Shown here: one piece after another, positions 25,122-34,598 of the stretch
Layout of the letters: every line of letters starts with the position of its first letter
Numbering within the stretch: the stretch's first letter is position 1
From: Polyangiaceae bacterium
Lineage (GTDB): Bacteria; Myxococcota_A; Polyangia; Polyangiales; Polyangiaceae
NCBI GenBank assembly: GCA_044222475.1
Contig: JBGANF010000060.1
Location: 1-43,180, forward strand
DNA length: 43,180 bases
Direction of reading: 5' to 3'
The notes under the pieces: generated by a model
What the model was told of the DNA's origin: nothing
Databases searched by the model: none
Seen by the model: only the letters and a program-made list of their open reading frames with translations
Translations under genes and position numbers: made by a program

Positions 25122-26399
25122 ATGTCGACCTCACCTGCTTCTTCGCCCATCGCTCAGCCCCTCGCCCTCGCCGGGGGCGCGACGCTCCCCAACCGCATCG
25201 CCAAGTCGGCCATGAGCGAGGTCCTCGGTGACGCCGACGGCGCCCCCACCGACCGGCTCATCCGCCTCTACGAGCGCCTCGGGCGAGGCGGCGCGGGCCT
25301 CCTCGTCACCGGCCACGTCATCGTCTCGATGAGCGGCCGCGGGGAGCCCGGCAACGTCGTCGTCGAAGACCGCCGTCACCTCGGCGCGCTTCGCCGTTGG
25401 GCCGAAGCGGCGCAGGCGAACGGCTCCAAGCTGTGGATGCAGATCAACCACACCGGCCGCCAGAGCCCGCGCCGGCTCAACCCGCGCCCGGTCGCGCCGT
25501 CGGCCGTCGGCATGCGCGGGTTCTTCGGCGCGTTCGCCAAGCCGCGCGCCCTCGAAGACGCGGAGATCGAGTCGATCATCGATCAGTTCGCGACCACCGC
25601 CGTCGTCGCCAAGGAAGCCGGCTTCGCCGGGGTGCAGATCCACGGCGCGCACGGGTACCTCGTCAGCCAGTTCCTCTCGCCGCTCACGAACCAGCGGACC
25701 GATCGCTGGGGCGGCTCGATCGAGAACCGCATGCGCTTCCTCCTCGAGATCGTGCGCCGCACCCGCGCCGCCGTCGGGCCCGAGCTCCCGGTCGGCGTGA
25801 AGCTCAACTCTGCCGACTTCCAGCGCGGAGGCTTCGAGGTCGACGACGCGAAGACGGTCGCGAAGGCCCTCGAAGAGGCCGGCATCGCGCTGCTCGAGGT
25901 CTCGGGCGGCAACTACGAGAGCCCCGCGATGTCGACCGGCGGAAACCAGAAGTCCAACGTCCGCGAGAGCACGCGCCGTCGCGAGGCGTACTTCCTCGAG
26001 TACGCGCGCGAGATCCGCGCCGTGACGAAGGTGCCGATCCTCCTCACCGGCGGCATGCGCACCGCGCAGACCATGAACGACGTCGTTTCGAGCGGCGCGG
26101 TCGACGTCGTCGGCATCGCGCGCCCGATGACGTTCGAGCCGGATCTCCCGGCGAAGCTCATCTCGGGCGAAGCCACCGAGGCGGCTCAGGTGAACCTGCG
26201 CACCGGCATCAAGCGCGTCGACGACATGCTCCAGGTCTTCTGGTTCCAGCAGCAGCTCCACCGCATGGCAGACGGGCTCGATCCGGATCCCAAATTGGGA
26301 CTGTGGCGCGCGATCTGGATCGGACTGAAGGACACGATGTTCGCATCGAGCCCCCCGCGCGCGCTCCCGGCGAAGTCCACCCAAACGGCGGCCGCATGA
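25122..26399 (+). CDS. NADH:flavin oxidoreductase (Old Yellow Enzyme family)
   Basis: NRIAKSAMSE, QINHTGRQ and GVQIHGAHGYLVSQFLSPLTNQRTD.WGG. Confidence 0.95.
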   Translation: MSTSPASSPIAQPLALAGGATLPNRIAKSAMSEVLGDADGAPTDRLIRLYERLGRGGAGLLVTGHVIVSMSGRGEPGNVVVEDRRHLGALRRWAEAAQANGSKLWMQINHTGRQSPRRLNPRPVAPSAVGMRGFFGAFAKPRALEDAEIESIIDQFATTAVVAKEAGFAGVQIHGAHGYLVSQFLSPLTNQRTDRWGGSIENRMRFLLEIVRRTRAAVGPELPVGVKLNSADFQRGGFEVDDAKTVAKALEEAGIALLEVSGGNYESPAMSTGGNQKSNVRESTRRREAYFLEYAREIRAVTKVPILLTGGMRTAQTMNDVVSSGAVDVVGIARPMTFEPDLPAKLISGEATEAAQVNLRTGIKRVDDMLQVFWFQQQLHRMADGLDPDPKLGLWRAIWIGLKDTMFASSPPRALPAKSTQTAAA

Positions 26400-26992
26400 A
26401 GAAGGGCGACCGCACGCGCGAGAAGCTCGTCGAAGCGACGGCGACGCTGCTCCAGCGCCAGGGCTTCCACGGCACCGGGCTGCTCGACATCGTCAAGGAG
26501 AGCGGCGCGCCGCGCGGGTCGCTCTACTTCCACTTCCCGGACGGAAAGGAGGCGCTCGCGTGCGCGGCCCTCGAAGGCGCGGGCAGTCGGTACCGCGAGC
26601 TCATCGAGGCGCTCGTCGCGGCCGCGCCGCACCCCGGTGACGCGGTGTACGCGGTCTGCGAGTTCCTCGGCCAGTCGCTCGAGGCGTCGAAGTTCACCGA
26701 AGGATGCCCCCTCGCGACCGTCGGTCTCGAAGCGTCGAGCACGTCGGAGGCGGTGCGCACCACGGTCGCCCGGCACTACGACGGTTGGATCGACAGCATC
26801 ACGAAGCGCCTCGAAGCGATCGGGCTCCCCCACGACGAAGCCGCGCGCTTCGCGACGTTCACCCTGTCTGCCGTGGAGGGCGCGCTGCTGCTGTCGAAGG
26901 TCAAGCGGTCGATCCAGCCGCTCCGCGACGTCGGCGAGATGCTCCGCGGCCTCGCGGAGACGGCCGCGCCGCGTGCGCGCGGCTCCGCGTAG
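26396..26992 (+). CDS. TetR/AcrR family regulator (LmrA/YxaF-like)
   Basis: HTH region QGFHGTGLLDIVKESGAPRGSLYFHFPDGK and GCP motif. ATGA overlap with the OYE gene. Confidence 0.93.
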   Translation: MKKGDRTREKLVEATATLLQRQGFHGTGLLDIVKESGAPRGSLYFHFPDGKEALACAALEGAGSRYRELIEALVAAAPHPGDAVYAVCEFLGQSLEASKFTEGCPLATVGLEASSTSEAVRTTVARHYDGWIDSITKRLEAIGLPHDEAARFATFTLSAVEGALLLSKVKRSIQPLRDVGEMLRGLAETAAPRARGSA

Positions 26993-27024
26993 CGCGCCAC
27001 CGACATCCGAGCGACAATGGGCGG

Positions 27025-28362
27025 ATGCGAGCTGCCCTCGTGTCCACGCTGATCGTGCTCGTCGCGTGCGGATCGTCGGAGTCGACGCCTACCGTCGACG
27101 CCTCCGCCGACGTAGTGACCGGCACCGACGCAACCACGGATGCCCGCGCGGACGCGACCGGCACCGACGCGACCGCCGACGCGCCGGCCGACGGATCCCC
27201 GACCTGCACCAACGGGCTCACGCCTTGCCCGCCGAACGCCTGCGTCGACACGAAGATCGACCCCAAGAACTGCGGCGGCTGCGGCGTCACCTGCACGAGC
27301 GCGCAGACGTGCGTCGGCGGAGCGTGCCTCGTGTGCTCGCCCGGGTTCGCGAGCTTCGTCGGCTACGGCGGCCCCGCCGCCAGCGTCGCTCTCGGCGACC
27401 TCGACGGGGACGGCAAGCTCGACATCGCCCTCGTCGACGGCGCGAACCTCGGCGTGCTCTTGAACGCCGGCAACGGCACGTTCGGCGCGCAGACGAACGT
27501 CGCTGCCGGTGCCACGCCGTTCGCGGTGACCCTCGCCGACGTGAACGCCGACGCCAAGCTCGACGCCATCGTCACGAACAACGTGGTGTCCGGCGGGATC
27601 AGCGTGCTCCTCGGGAAGGGCAACGGCACCTTCAACACAGCCTCCGCCTACTCCATCGGCTCTGGACCGAGACAGAACCGCGTCGGCGACGTCAACGCCG
27701 ACGGCAAACCCGACATCGTCGTGGCCAACTCCAACAGCAACACCGTGGGCGTGCTCCTCGGCAACGGCAACGGCACGTTCCAAGCGCAGGTCACCTACAC
27801 GGTGACGGCGAACCCCGAGTCGATCGCCCTCGCGGACTTCAACGGCGACGGCAAGCTCGACATCGTCGCGGCGGAGAACTTCAGCAGCAAGCTCTCGATC
27901 CTGCTCAACGCCGGCAACGGGACCTTCCTCGCGGAATCGCTCGTCAACACCGGAGTGGCGCCCTCGTTCTTGACCGTGGGCGATTTCGACGGCGACACGA
28001 AGGTCGACATCGCGTGCGCCAACATCGGCAGCAACGACGTCAGCGTCTTCAAAGGCAACGGCAACGGCACGTTCGCCGCCGGCGTGACCTACCCGACCGG
28101 CACCCAACCGCGCTGCATCGCGACCGCGGACCTCGACGGCGACGGCAAGCTCGATCTCGCGGTGGCCGGCGCCGGGATCAACGTCCACCTCGGCAAGGGC
28201 GACGGAACGTTCCTACCGAAGACGACCTACCCCGCCGGAGGCTTCCCGAGCTTCGTCGCGCTGGGCGACGTCAGCGGGGACGGAAAGACCGATCTCGTCG
28301 TGGGCAACCAGCTCGCGCAGGAGAAGGTCGCGGTGCTGCTCGCGTCGACGATCTGCAAGTAG
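27025..28362 (+). CDS. FG-GAP/VCBS repeat lipoprotein with a Cys-rich module
   Basis: Lipobox LVAC, D/A/T-rich linker, CVD...DPKNCGGCG..C module, and seven D-x-(D/N)-G-D-G-K-x-D-type repeats. Confidence 0.9.
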   Translation: MRAALVSTLIVLVACGSSESTPTVDASADVVTGTDATTDARADATGTDATADAPADGSPTCTNGLTPCPPNACVDTKIDPKNCGGCGVTCTSAQTCVGGACLVCSPGFASFVGYGGPAASVALGDLDGDGKLDIALVDGANLGVLLNAGNGTFGAQTNVAAGATPFAVTLADVNADAKLDAIVTNNVVSGGISVLLGKGNGTFNTASAYSIGSGPRQNRVGDVNADGKPDIVVANSNSNTVGVLLGNGNGTFQAQVTYTVTANPESIALADFNGDGKLDIVAAENFSSKLSILLNAGNGTFLAESLVNTGVAPSFLTVGDFDGDTKVDIACANIGSNDVSVFKGNGNGTFAAGVTYPTGTQPRCIATADLDGDGKLDLAVAGAGINVHLGKGDGTFLPKTTYPAGGFPSFVALGDVSGDGKTDLVVGNQLAQEKVAVLLASTICK

Positions 28363-28372
28363 GGCGCTCTCG

Positions 28373-29740
28373 TCACCGCGCGTCGCGACACGCCGCGTCG
28401 CTCACGTCGCGCCGCGCCGTCACCTCGGGCAGCGTCTGCTCGACGCGCACGCCGCCGATCGCCACGTCGACCGGAGCGCCGTCGCGCACGACGGTGATCG
28501 TCATCGTCCCGTCCTTCAGCGCGAGCTTCACGATCCTCTCGCCGTCGTGCACGGGCGCGTTCGCGGCGGCCCCCTGCACCACGCGCGCCCGCCAGCTCGA
28601 CTCCCACGCGAACGGAAACGTCCACCCGACCACCTTCTTGCTCACCGCATCGAAGCAAGCGAAGCGCGCCGCCTTGAAGGCCGGCGGGCGATCGAGCGGA
28701 GCGAGTGACGCGTCCTTGGCGCGTAGCCGCGCGAGGATCTCGGCGGTGGTGAACGCCGCCTTCCCTGCCCTGGCGTCGGCGTAGAGCGCGTCCACGAGCT
28801 CGAGCAACCCGCCTCGCGTCTCGATCGACCGCGCCGCGTCGAAGCCGAAGCGATCGCCGGCGAGCGCGCGACGGTCGTCGTCGGTGAACGCGGCGCCTTC
28901 GGCGAACGTTTCGGTCATCGCGTTCAGATCGTCGGCGACGTCCTTCGCCGACAGCGTGCCGAAGCGCCGCAGGAGCTCGCGCGTGTAGGCGCGCGCGAAG
29001 CCGACGCCGAAGAGCGCATCGCTCGGCGCTTCCTTCGGGTCGCGCACGAGATCCCACATCTCCTGGACGAGCGCAGCGGACAGCGTGATGCGCAGCGCGG
29101 TGCCATAGGGCTCGGCCGGGTTCACCTCGAGGAGCAATGCCCCGGGCACGCGCTGGATGTGGAAGCGGCCCACCGGGCGCTCGACCGGCGTCGAGAACAG
29201 GACGGTGTAGAGCACGTGCGAGCCGGCCAGCTTGTACCGTTCGCGCAGCGCCGTGCGCACGCCCGCGAGCTCGGCGAAGACGGCGCGGGGATCGAACGCG
29301 GGCGCGCCGTCCCAGAAGCCGTCGTCGTCGCCCTCGACCGCGCGGAAGTGACCTTCGCCGGCGTCGAAGCTCGCGAGCACGAGGCGCCGTCGATCGTCGA
29401 GCGACGTGCCGTCGGGCGCGGGCGCGACGAAGACGCGCGCGTGCTTGTCGTCGCCGTAGCGCCCGAGATCGAAGATGCGGGGGTCGACCGATCGTCCCAA
29501 CTTGGGAAGCTCCCCGCGAACGCCGCGCGTGTCGACGCGCAGCCCGAGCGCCTCGAGCCGCGCCCCTTCGAGCTCGATCGCGCCCGTCTCGGGATCGGGT
29601 CGAAGCAACGGGAGCGCCCTGACCGACGAGACGCTCGCCGTGGGAGCGGTCACCGTCGGAGCGGTGCTCGCCTTCGTGGCCGGCGGAGTGGCTCCTCCGC
29701 AGGCGAGGAGGACGAGCAGAGCTGGGAGCGCGCGCTTCAC
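28373..29740 (-). CDS. Hypothetical lipoprotein, possibly a degenerate M61-like peptidase homolog
   Basis: Lipobox LLAC. GVGFARAY..ELL.RFG.LS...DDLN resembles the M61 helix region, but there is no HExxH. Confidence 0.7.
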   Translation of the reverse strand: MKRALPALLVLLACGGATPPATKASTAPTVTAPTASVSSVRALPLLRPDPETGAIELEGARLEALGLRVDTRGVRGELPKLGRSVDPRIFDLGRYGDDKHARVFVAPAPDGTSLDDRRRLVLASFDAGEGHFRAVEGDDDGFWDGAPAFDPRAVFAELAGVRTALRERYKLAGSHVLYTVLFSTPVERPVGRFHIQRVPGALLLEVNPAEPYGTALRITLSAALVQEMWDLVRDPKEAPSDALFGVGFARAYTRELLRRFGTLSAKDVADDLNAMTETFAEGAAFTDDDRRALAGDRFGFDAARSIETRGGLLELVDALYADARAGKAAFTTAEILARLRAKDASLAPLDRPPAFKAARFACFDAVSKKVVGWTFPFAWESSWRARVVQGAAANAPVHDGERIVKLALKDGTMTITVVRDGAPVDVAIGGVRVEQTLPEVTARRDVSDAACRDAR

Positions 29741-29859
29741 GGGTCGGATGATAGGTCAGACGCGGCGACTCCGTGGCTCAGCCTGGCACACGGGAAACCT
29801 CGACCCCTCGCGAACTTCGGCGTTGGCGGCACGGCACGGAGCGTGCAGGGGTACGCCTC

Positions 29860-30909
29860 ATGCGCAAGACCTCGCTCGGCCGTGTTCTCGCTGGGATCGT
29901 GTCGACGGGCACCGCCGTGGCGTGCGGCGGCGGAGTGACCACTCCCGACTGCCCCCACACCGTGATCGATCGGCAGAGCACGGTGAACATGACTGCCGAC
30001 GAGGCCTGCAAACAGGCTCCCAACCTCGTCATCAGCTTCGACTACGTCAGCCCGCAGATGCTGGAGCTCTGCCGCCAGCTCTGCGGCGACACGACCATCA
30101 CGACCTGCCACCTCCCCTACGGCTACCTCCCCACCAAGGACGACGCGGGCGCCACGGTCTGCCCGACGCTCGACGCCGGAAACACCGTCGCGCTCACCTG
30201 CCAGGTCACGCACACCGAGGGGACGTGGACCAACGGCTGTCCGGTGGCCGGGCGGCGCACCGAGGGCGTGCACGGCGGCGAGACCGGCGAGCTGCGAGCG
30301 AGCCTCGGTGACTTCTTCGCACGGTGCACCGCGCTCGAAGCGACCGCCGTGATCGCGTTCCGCCGCCTCGAGGCGGAGCTCGTCGCGTTCGGAGCCCCCG
30401 CCGACCTGATCGAGCGAGCGCGGCGCGCCACCCAAGACGAGATCGAGCACACCGATGCGATGGCGTGGCTGACGGCGCGCGCGTCGGGTTCCGTCCCCGC
30501 GATCACCCAGGACGAGCTCCCTCGTCGATCGCTCTTCGACGTCGCGCTCGAGAACGCCGTCGAGGGGCGCATCCGCGAGACGTTCGGCGCCGCGGTGGCG
30601 TTGCACCAAGCGCGGCACGCCGCTGAAGGCACGACCCGCCGGATCTTGACCCGCATCGCCGACGAAGAGCGCGAGCACGCCGAGCTCGCGGCCGATCTCG
30701 AGCAGTGGTTCGCCGAGCAGCTGTCCGCAGACGAGCTCGCCCGGATCGAGTCTGCCAAGCTCGCTGCGATTGCCGAGCTGCGCGCCGCCCACTCGTGCGA
30801 GACCGATCCCCGCCTCGTCAGCGGCGCCGGGCTGCCCACGCGCAAGCAAGCGAGCGCCCTCGTCGATGGTCTCGAGCGACTCGTGTGGTGCACCGCCGCG
30901 GCGGCGTGA
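29860..30909 (+). CDS. Ferritin-like (diiron) domain lipoprotein with Cys-rich N-terminus
   Basis: Lipobox-like AVAC, eight further Cys, GRRTEG, then LE...DEIEH...ENAVEG...E...EREH. Confidence 0.8.
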   Translation: MRKTSLGRVLAGIVSTGTAVACGGGVTTPDCPHTVIDRQSTVNMTADEACKQAPNLVISFDYVSPQMLELCRQLCGDTTITTCHLPYGYLPTKDDAGATVCPTLDAGNTVALTCQVTHTEGTWTNGCPVAGRRTEGVHGGETGELRASLGDFFARCTALEATAVIAFRRLEAELVAFGAPADLIERARRATQDEIEHTDAMAWLTARASGSVPAITQDELPRRSLFDVALENAVEGRIRETFGAAVALHQARHAAEGTTRRILTRIADEEREHAELAADLEQWFAEQLSADELARIESAKLAAIAELRAAHSCETDPRLVSGAGLPTRKQASALVDGLERLVWCTAAAA

Positions 30910-30915
30910 CGGGTG

Positions 30916-31467
30916 TCACTTCATGTCGATCGTGTGGCAGCCGCCACACCCGAAGCCCTGGTGCGTCTTCGGATCGTAGTGCGGCAGCCCCATCGCGTCC
31001 GCCATCTGCGGCGAGACCTTGTCGACCATCCACTTGGCCATCTCGGGCTTGTCCTTGAACTGCGTCATCTGTCCGCCCTTCATCGTGAGGTGCGGCAGGA
31101 AATCCTTCGGCTCCTTGTACTCGGGGCCGTGACACGTCTTGCAGCCGAAGTCCGCGTACTTCTTCGCGTCGTGCTCTTTGAAGATCGGACCCATCTTCGT
31201 GACGATGTGCGTGCGCATGAACGCGCTCTGCTGCTCCTTCGGCATCGTGTCGCTCCAGACGGTCGGCACCGGCGCTTCGACCGACGCGGAGGCGGACGCC
31301 GTCACGGAGGCGGACGCCGATGCGGGCGCGCTCGCCGACGCCGAAGCCGAGCCCGAGTCCGTCGGTCCGGTCGGCGTCTGGGGCTGAGGCTCGTTGCCGC
31401 CGCACGCGACGGCGATGAACACGGCGGAGACGGCGGCGAGGGACAGGAGCGGGAGGTGGCTGCGCAT
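30916..31467 (-). CDS. Diheme c-type cytochrome lipoprotein
   Basis: Lipobox AVAC, Ser/Ala-rich linker, heme motifs CKTCH and CGGCH, Met-rich body. Confidence 0.85.
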   Translation of the reverse strand: MRSHLPLLSLAAVSAVFIAVACGGNEPQPQTPTGPTDSGSASASASAPASASASVTASASASVEAPVPTVWSDTMPKEQQSAFMRTHIVTKMGPIFKEHDAKKYADFGCKTCHGPEYKEPKDFLPHLTMKGGQMTQFKDKPEMAKWMVDKVSPQMADAMGLPHYDPKTHQGFGCGGCHTIDMK

Positions 31468-31543
31468 GCCCGAAGTGCTAGCGCGCGCGGGCAACGGCAG
31501 CGCAACAAAACGCAGAAACGCACTGTTGCCCGATGCGGAACAA

Positions 31544-32710
31544 TCAGTCCGCCGGGACGTTCTTCGCGATCGCGGCGAGCAGCCCCCAGAACTTCACGAG
31601 GTGCGGTCCGACGAACGGCTTGCCGGTCGTCAGCAGCGCGCACGAGATCGCGCGCTGCGGGTCGGCCCAGCCGACGACGTTGATGAAGCCGTAGTGCCCG
31701 AAGGCGCGCGGCGTGTGCGGACCGAACGGGCTCAGCCGATCGCCGGCGAGCATGAGGCCGAGCCCGTAGCGCACCGGCAGCCCGATCGTGAGATCGAGCT
31801 CGAGGTACGAGCTCTCCACGAGAGCGCGCTGCACCATGCGCCGGTCGAGGATCTTCACGCCGTCGAGCTCGCCGCCGCGGCGGAGCATCTCGAAGAACCG
31901 CGCGAGCTCGTGGGCCGTCGACACCACGTTGCCGCTGGGTACGACCGCGGTGAGGAAGCGCGGATCGTTCGAGTACTCGACGGCGCGCTCGAACGGGACG
32001 CCGAGCGCGCGCTTCACGATCGCGGCGAGGCCCGGCGGCACGCGCGGTCCGGTGAAGTAGTTGCGTGCGACCTTGCCCACCGAGTCCGCGGTGCAGCCGT
32101 AGCGAAACCACGGCATCCCGAGCGGCTTGGCGATCTCGTCCTGGAGCACGTCGTTGATGGACTTCTTCGTCACCCGGCGAACGATCTCGCCGAGGACGAA
32201 GCCGCCGGTGATCGCGTGGTACGCGAGCCTTCGCCCCGGCACGCTCACCGGCTTCGCGTCGCACAAGAGGCGCACGATCTCGTCCCAGTTCGCCAGCAGG
32301 TTCACGTCGGCGTGGCCGGCGACCGACGGGATGCCCGCGCGGTGCGTGAGCACGTGGCGGATGGTCATCGACTCCTTGCCGTGCTTGGCGAACTCGGGGA
32401 TGTACTCGGCCACCGGATCGTCGATGCGGAGCATGTTCCGCCCGTCGAGGAGGTGAATCACCATCGCAGTGATCGCCTTCGACACCGAGAAGACGCAGAA
32501 CGGCGTGTCCGGCGTGGCGAGCTCGCCCCCGAGCCGCGCGTGACCGATCGCGCGGTCGAACACCACGTGGCCCCGGCGCAGGATGCACAGCGCGATCGCC
32601 GGTTGCGTCCCCGTGCCGTACAGCGCGCGGAGCGCCCGCTCGATTCGATCGATCGACGCGACGGAGAGGCCCCCCTCCCACGCTTCGACCTCACGCGACG
32701 AGCGAATCAT
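31544..32710 (-). CDS. Serine hydrolase, beta-lactamase-fold esterase (family VIII-like)
   Basis: FSVSK (SxxK), LTHRAG, LAYH and FGHYG. Confidence 0.9.
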   Translation of the reverse strand: MIRSSREVEAWEGGLSVASIDRIERALRALYGTGTQPAIALCILRRGHVVFDRAIGHARLGGELATPDTPFCVFSVSKAITAMVIHLLDGRNMLRIDDPVAEYIPEFAKHGKESMTIRHVLTHRAGIPSVAGHADVNLLANWDEIVRLLCDAKPVSVPGRRLAYHAITGGFVLGEIVRRVTKKSINDVLQDEIAKPLGMPWFRYGCTADSVGKVARNYFTGPRVPPGLAAIVKRALGVPFERAVEYSNDPRFLTAVVPSGNVVSTAHELARFFEMLRRGGELDGVKILDRRMVQRALVESSYLELDLTIGLPVRYGLGLMLAGDRLSPFGPHTPRAFGHYGFINVVGWADPQRAISCALLTTGKPFVGPHLVKFWGLLAAIAKNVPAD

Positions 32711-32746
32711 CTCGACCCGTGGAAGTTACCACGGTAATCCCCCGCC

Positions 32747-33490
32747 ATGGCCCACGTCGTCACCGAAAACGAAGGCGCGGTTCGGACGCTCCGCATCACT
32801 CGGCCCGAGAAGAAGAACGCACTCACCATCGCCATGTACGAGTCGATCGTCGAGGTGCTGTCCGGCGCCGACTCCGACGACGCGGTGAACGTGCTCCGCA
32901 TCATCGGCTCGCCCGGCGTCTTCACCGCCGGCAACGACATCTTCGACTTCATGCAGCGGCCGCCCACCGGCGAGGACAGCGCGGTGTTTCGCGTGCTCCT
33001 CGGCCTCCTCGGGTTCTCGAAGCCGATCGTCGCCGCGGTCGACGGCCCGGCGGTCGGCCTCGGGACCACGATGCTCATCCACTGCGATCTCGTCGTGGCG
33101 ACGACCGCGGCGAAGTTCCGCATGCCGTTCGTTCCGCTGGGGCTCGTGCCGGAAGGCGCGTCGTCGCTGCTGCTTCCGCGCGGCGTCGGCATGCAGCGCG
33201 CGAGCGAGTGGCTCCTCCTCGGCGACGCGTTCGGCGCCGAGGAGGCGCACCGCGCCGGCCTGGTCAACCGCGTCGTCGAGCCGGCGGCGCTCGAGGCCGA
33301 GTCGATGAAGCTCGCCACCGAGCTCGCGTCGCGCCCGAAAGAGGCGGTGCGCCTCACCAAGAAGCTCCTCCGCGACCCGCTGCGCGAGTCGACTCTGGCG
33401 ACGCTGAAGCGCGAAGGCGCGATCTTCATCGAGCGCCTCCAGTCGCCCGAGGCGATGCAGGCGTTCATGGCGTTCGCCCAGAAGAAGTAG
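32747..33490 (+). CDS. Enoyl-CoA hydratase/isomerase family protein
   Basis: RPEKKNAL, FTAGND, VDGPAVGLG and LGLVPEG. Confidence 0.95.
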   Translation: MAHVVTENEGAVRTLRITRPEKKNALTIAMYESIVEVLSGADSDDAVNVLRIIGSPGVFTAGNDIFDFMQRPPTGEDSAVFRVLLGLLGFSKPIVAAVDGPAVGLGTTMLIHCDLVVATTAAKFRMPFVPLGLVPEGASSLLLPRGVGMQRASEWLLLGDAFGAEEAHRAGLVNRVVEPAALEAESMKLATELASRPKEAVRLTKKLLRDPLRESTLATLKREGAIFIERLQSPEAMQAFMAFAQKK

Positions 33491-33501
33491 CATCGTTGGG
33501 G

Positions 33502-34563
33502 ATGGCCGACCTCGCCCGCACTCGAGTCGCCGGCGCCCGCCGCGAGCGCATCGTGGCGTCGCCCCGCTTCCGCGACGGCCTGTTCCACAACACGCGCCCG
33601 GTGACGCCCGGCCTCGAGCCCGGATCGAGCTTCTCCACGATGCGCGAGTTCTTCTTCGGCGGGCAGCGTCGCGTGCCGCGCGCCGCGCTCCCGTCGGTGA
33701 GCCCGCTCGAGTGGTGGGCGCGCCCGGTGGAGACCGGCCTTCGCGCGACCTGGCTCGGTCACTCGACCGTCCTCCTCGAGATCGACGGCTACCGCGTCCT
33801 CACCGATCCAGTCTGGGGCGATCGCATCTCGCCGTTCCCGCTCGTCGGGCCGAAGCGCTTCCAACCGGTGCCGATCGGGATCGACGCGCTCCCCGAGCTC
33901 GACGCGGTGATCGTCTCCCACGATCACTTCGACCACCTCGACCATCCGTCGATCCTCGCGCTCGCCAAGCGCGACGTGCGCTTCTACACGTCGCTCGGCG
34001 TCGGCGCGTTTCTATCCGACTGGGGCGTCCCCGACGATCGCATCGTCGAGCTCGACTGGTGGGAGACGGCACGCATCCCGCACGGCGACCTCGAGATCAC
34101 CGCCGCGCCGTCGCAGCACTTCTCCGGCCGCAGCCTCACCGGCCGGAACAAGACCGCGTGGTCGTCGTTCGTGGTCCGCGGCGCGACGAAGCGCGCGTTC
34201 TTCAGCGGCGACACCGGTCTGACGCCCGAGTACGAGGAGATCCGCACGCGCCTCGGCCCGTTCGACCTCGTCATGCTCGAGGTCGGCGCGTTTCATCCCA
34301 GTTGGGGACAGATTCACCTCGGTCCCGAGAACGCGCTCGAGGCGCTGCGGCTGCTGGGCGGCGGCGCGTTCCTGCCGGTTCACTGGGGCACGTTCAACCT
34401 CGCGATCCACGCCTGGGACGACCCGGCCGAGACGCTCTTCGAGCTGGCGCCCAAGCGGGACGCGCGGCTGCTCATGCCCAAATTGGGACAACCGATCGAA
34501 ACCGAGCGGGAGCACGCGTTGATCGCGTGGTGGCGCGGGGTGGACGAGAAGATCCTTCGCTAG
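33502..34563 (+). CDS. MBL-fold metallo-hydrolase (NAPE-PLD/RomA-like)
   Basis: WLGHST, LTDPVW, SHDHFDHLD, SQHFSGR, FSGDTG and PVHWGTF. Confidence 0.93.
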   Translation: MADLARTRVAGARRERIVASPRFRDGLFHNTRPVTPGLEPGSSFSTMREFFFGGQRRVPRAALPSVSPLEWWARPVETGLRATWLGHSTVLLEIDGYRVLTDPVWGDRISPFPLVGPKRFQPVPIGIDALPELDAVIVSHDHFDHLDHPSILALAKRDVRFYTSLGVGAFLSDWGVPDDRIVELDWWETARIPHGDLEITAAPSQHFSGRSLTGRNKTAWSSFVVRGATKRAFFSGDTGLTPEYEEIRTRLGPFDLVMLEVGAFHPSWGQIHLGPENALEALRLLGGGAFLPVHWGTFNLAIHAWDDPAETLFELAPKRDARLLMPKLGQPIETEREHALIAWWRGVDEKILR

Positions 34564-34598
34564 CGGAGCCGATGAGCACGCCGGACAGCTCGCGGGTT

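Noticed and set aside
27400..28300. Repeated DNA motifs (GACGGCAAGCTCGA, GGCAACGGCACGTTC) as a CRISPR or DNA repeat array
   Set aside because: They are in-frame codons of the FG-GAP protein repeats. There are no constant-length repeats with unique spacers and no cas genes.
31544..34563. Antibiotic-resistance calls for the beta-lactamase-fold and MBL-fold genes
   Set aside because: Motifs and the lack of signal peptides fit a family VIII-like esterase and a NAPE-PLD/RomA-like hydrolase, not true beta-lactamases.
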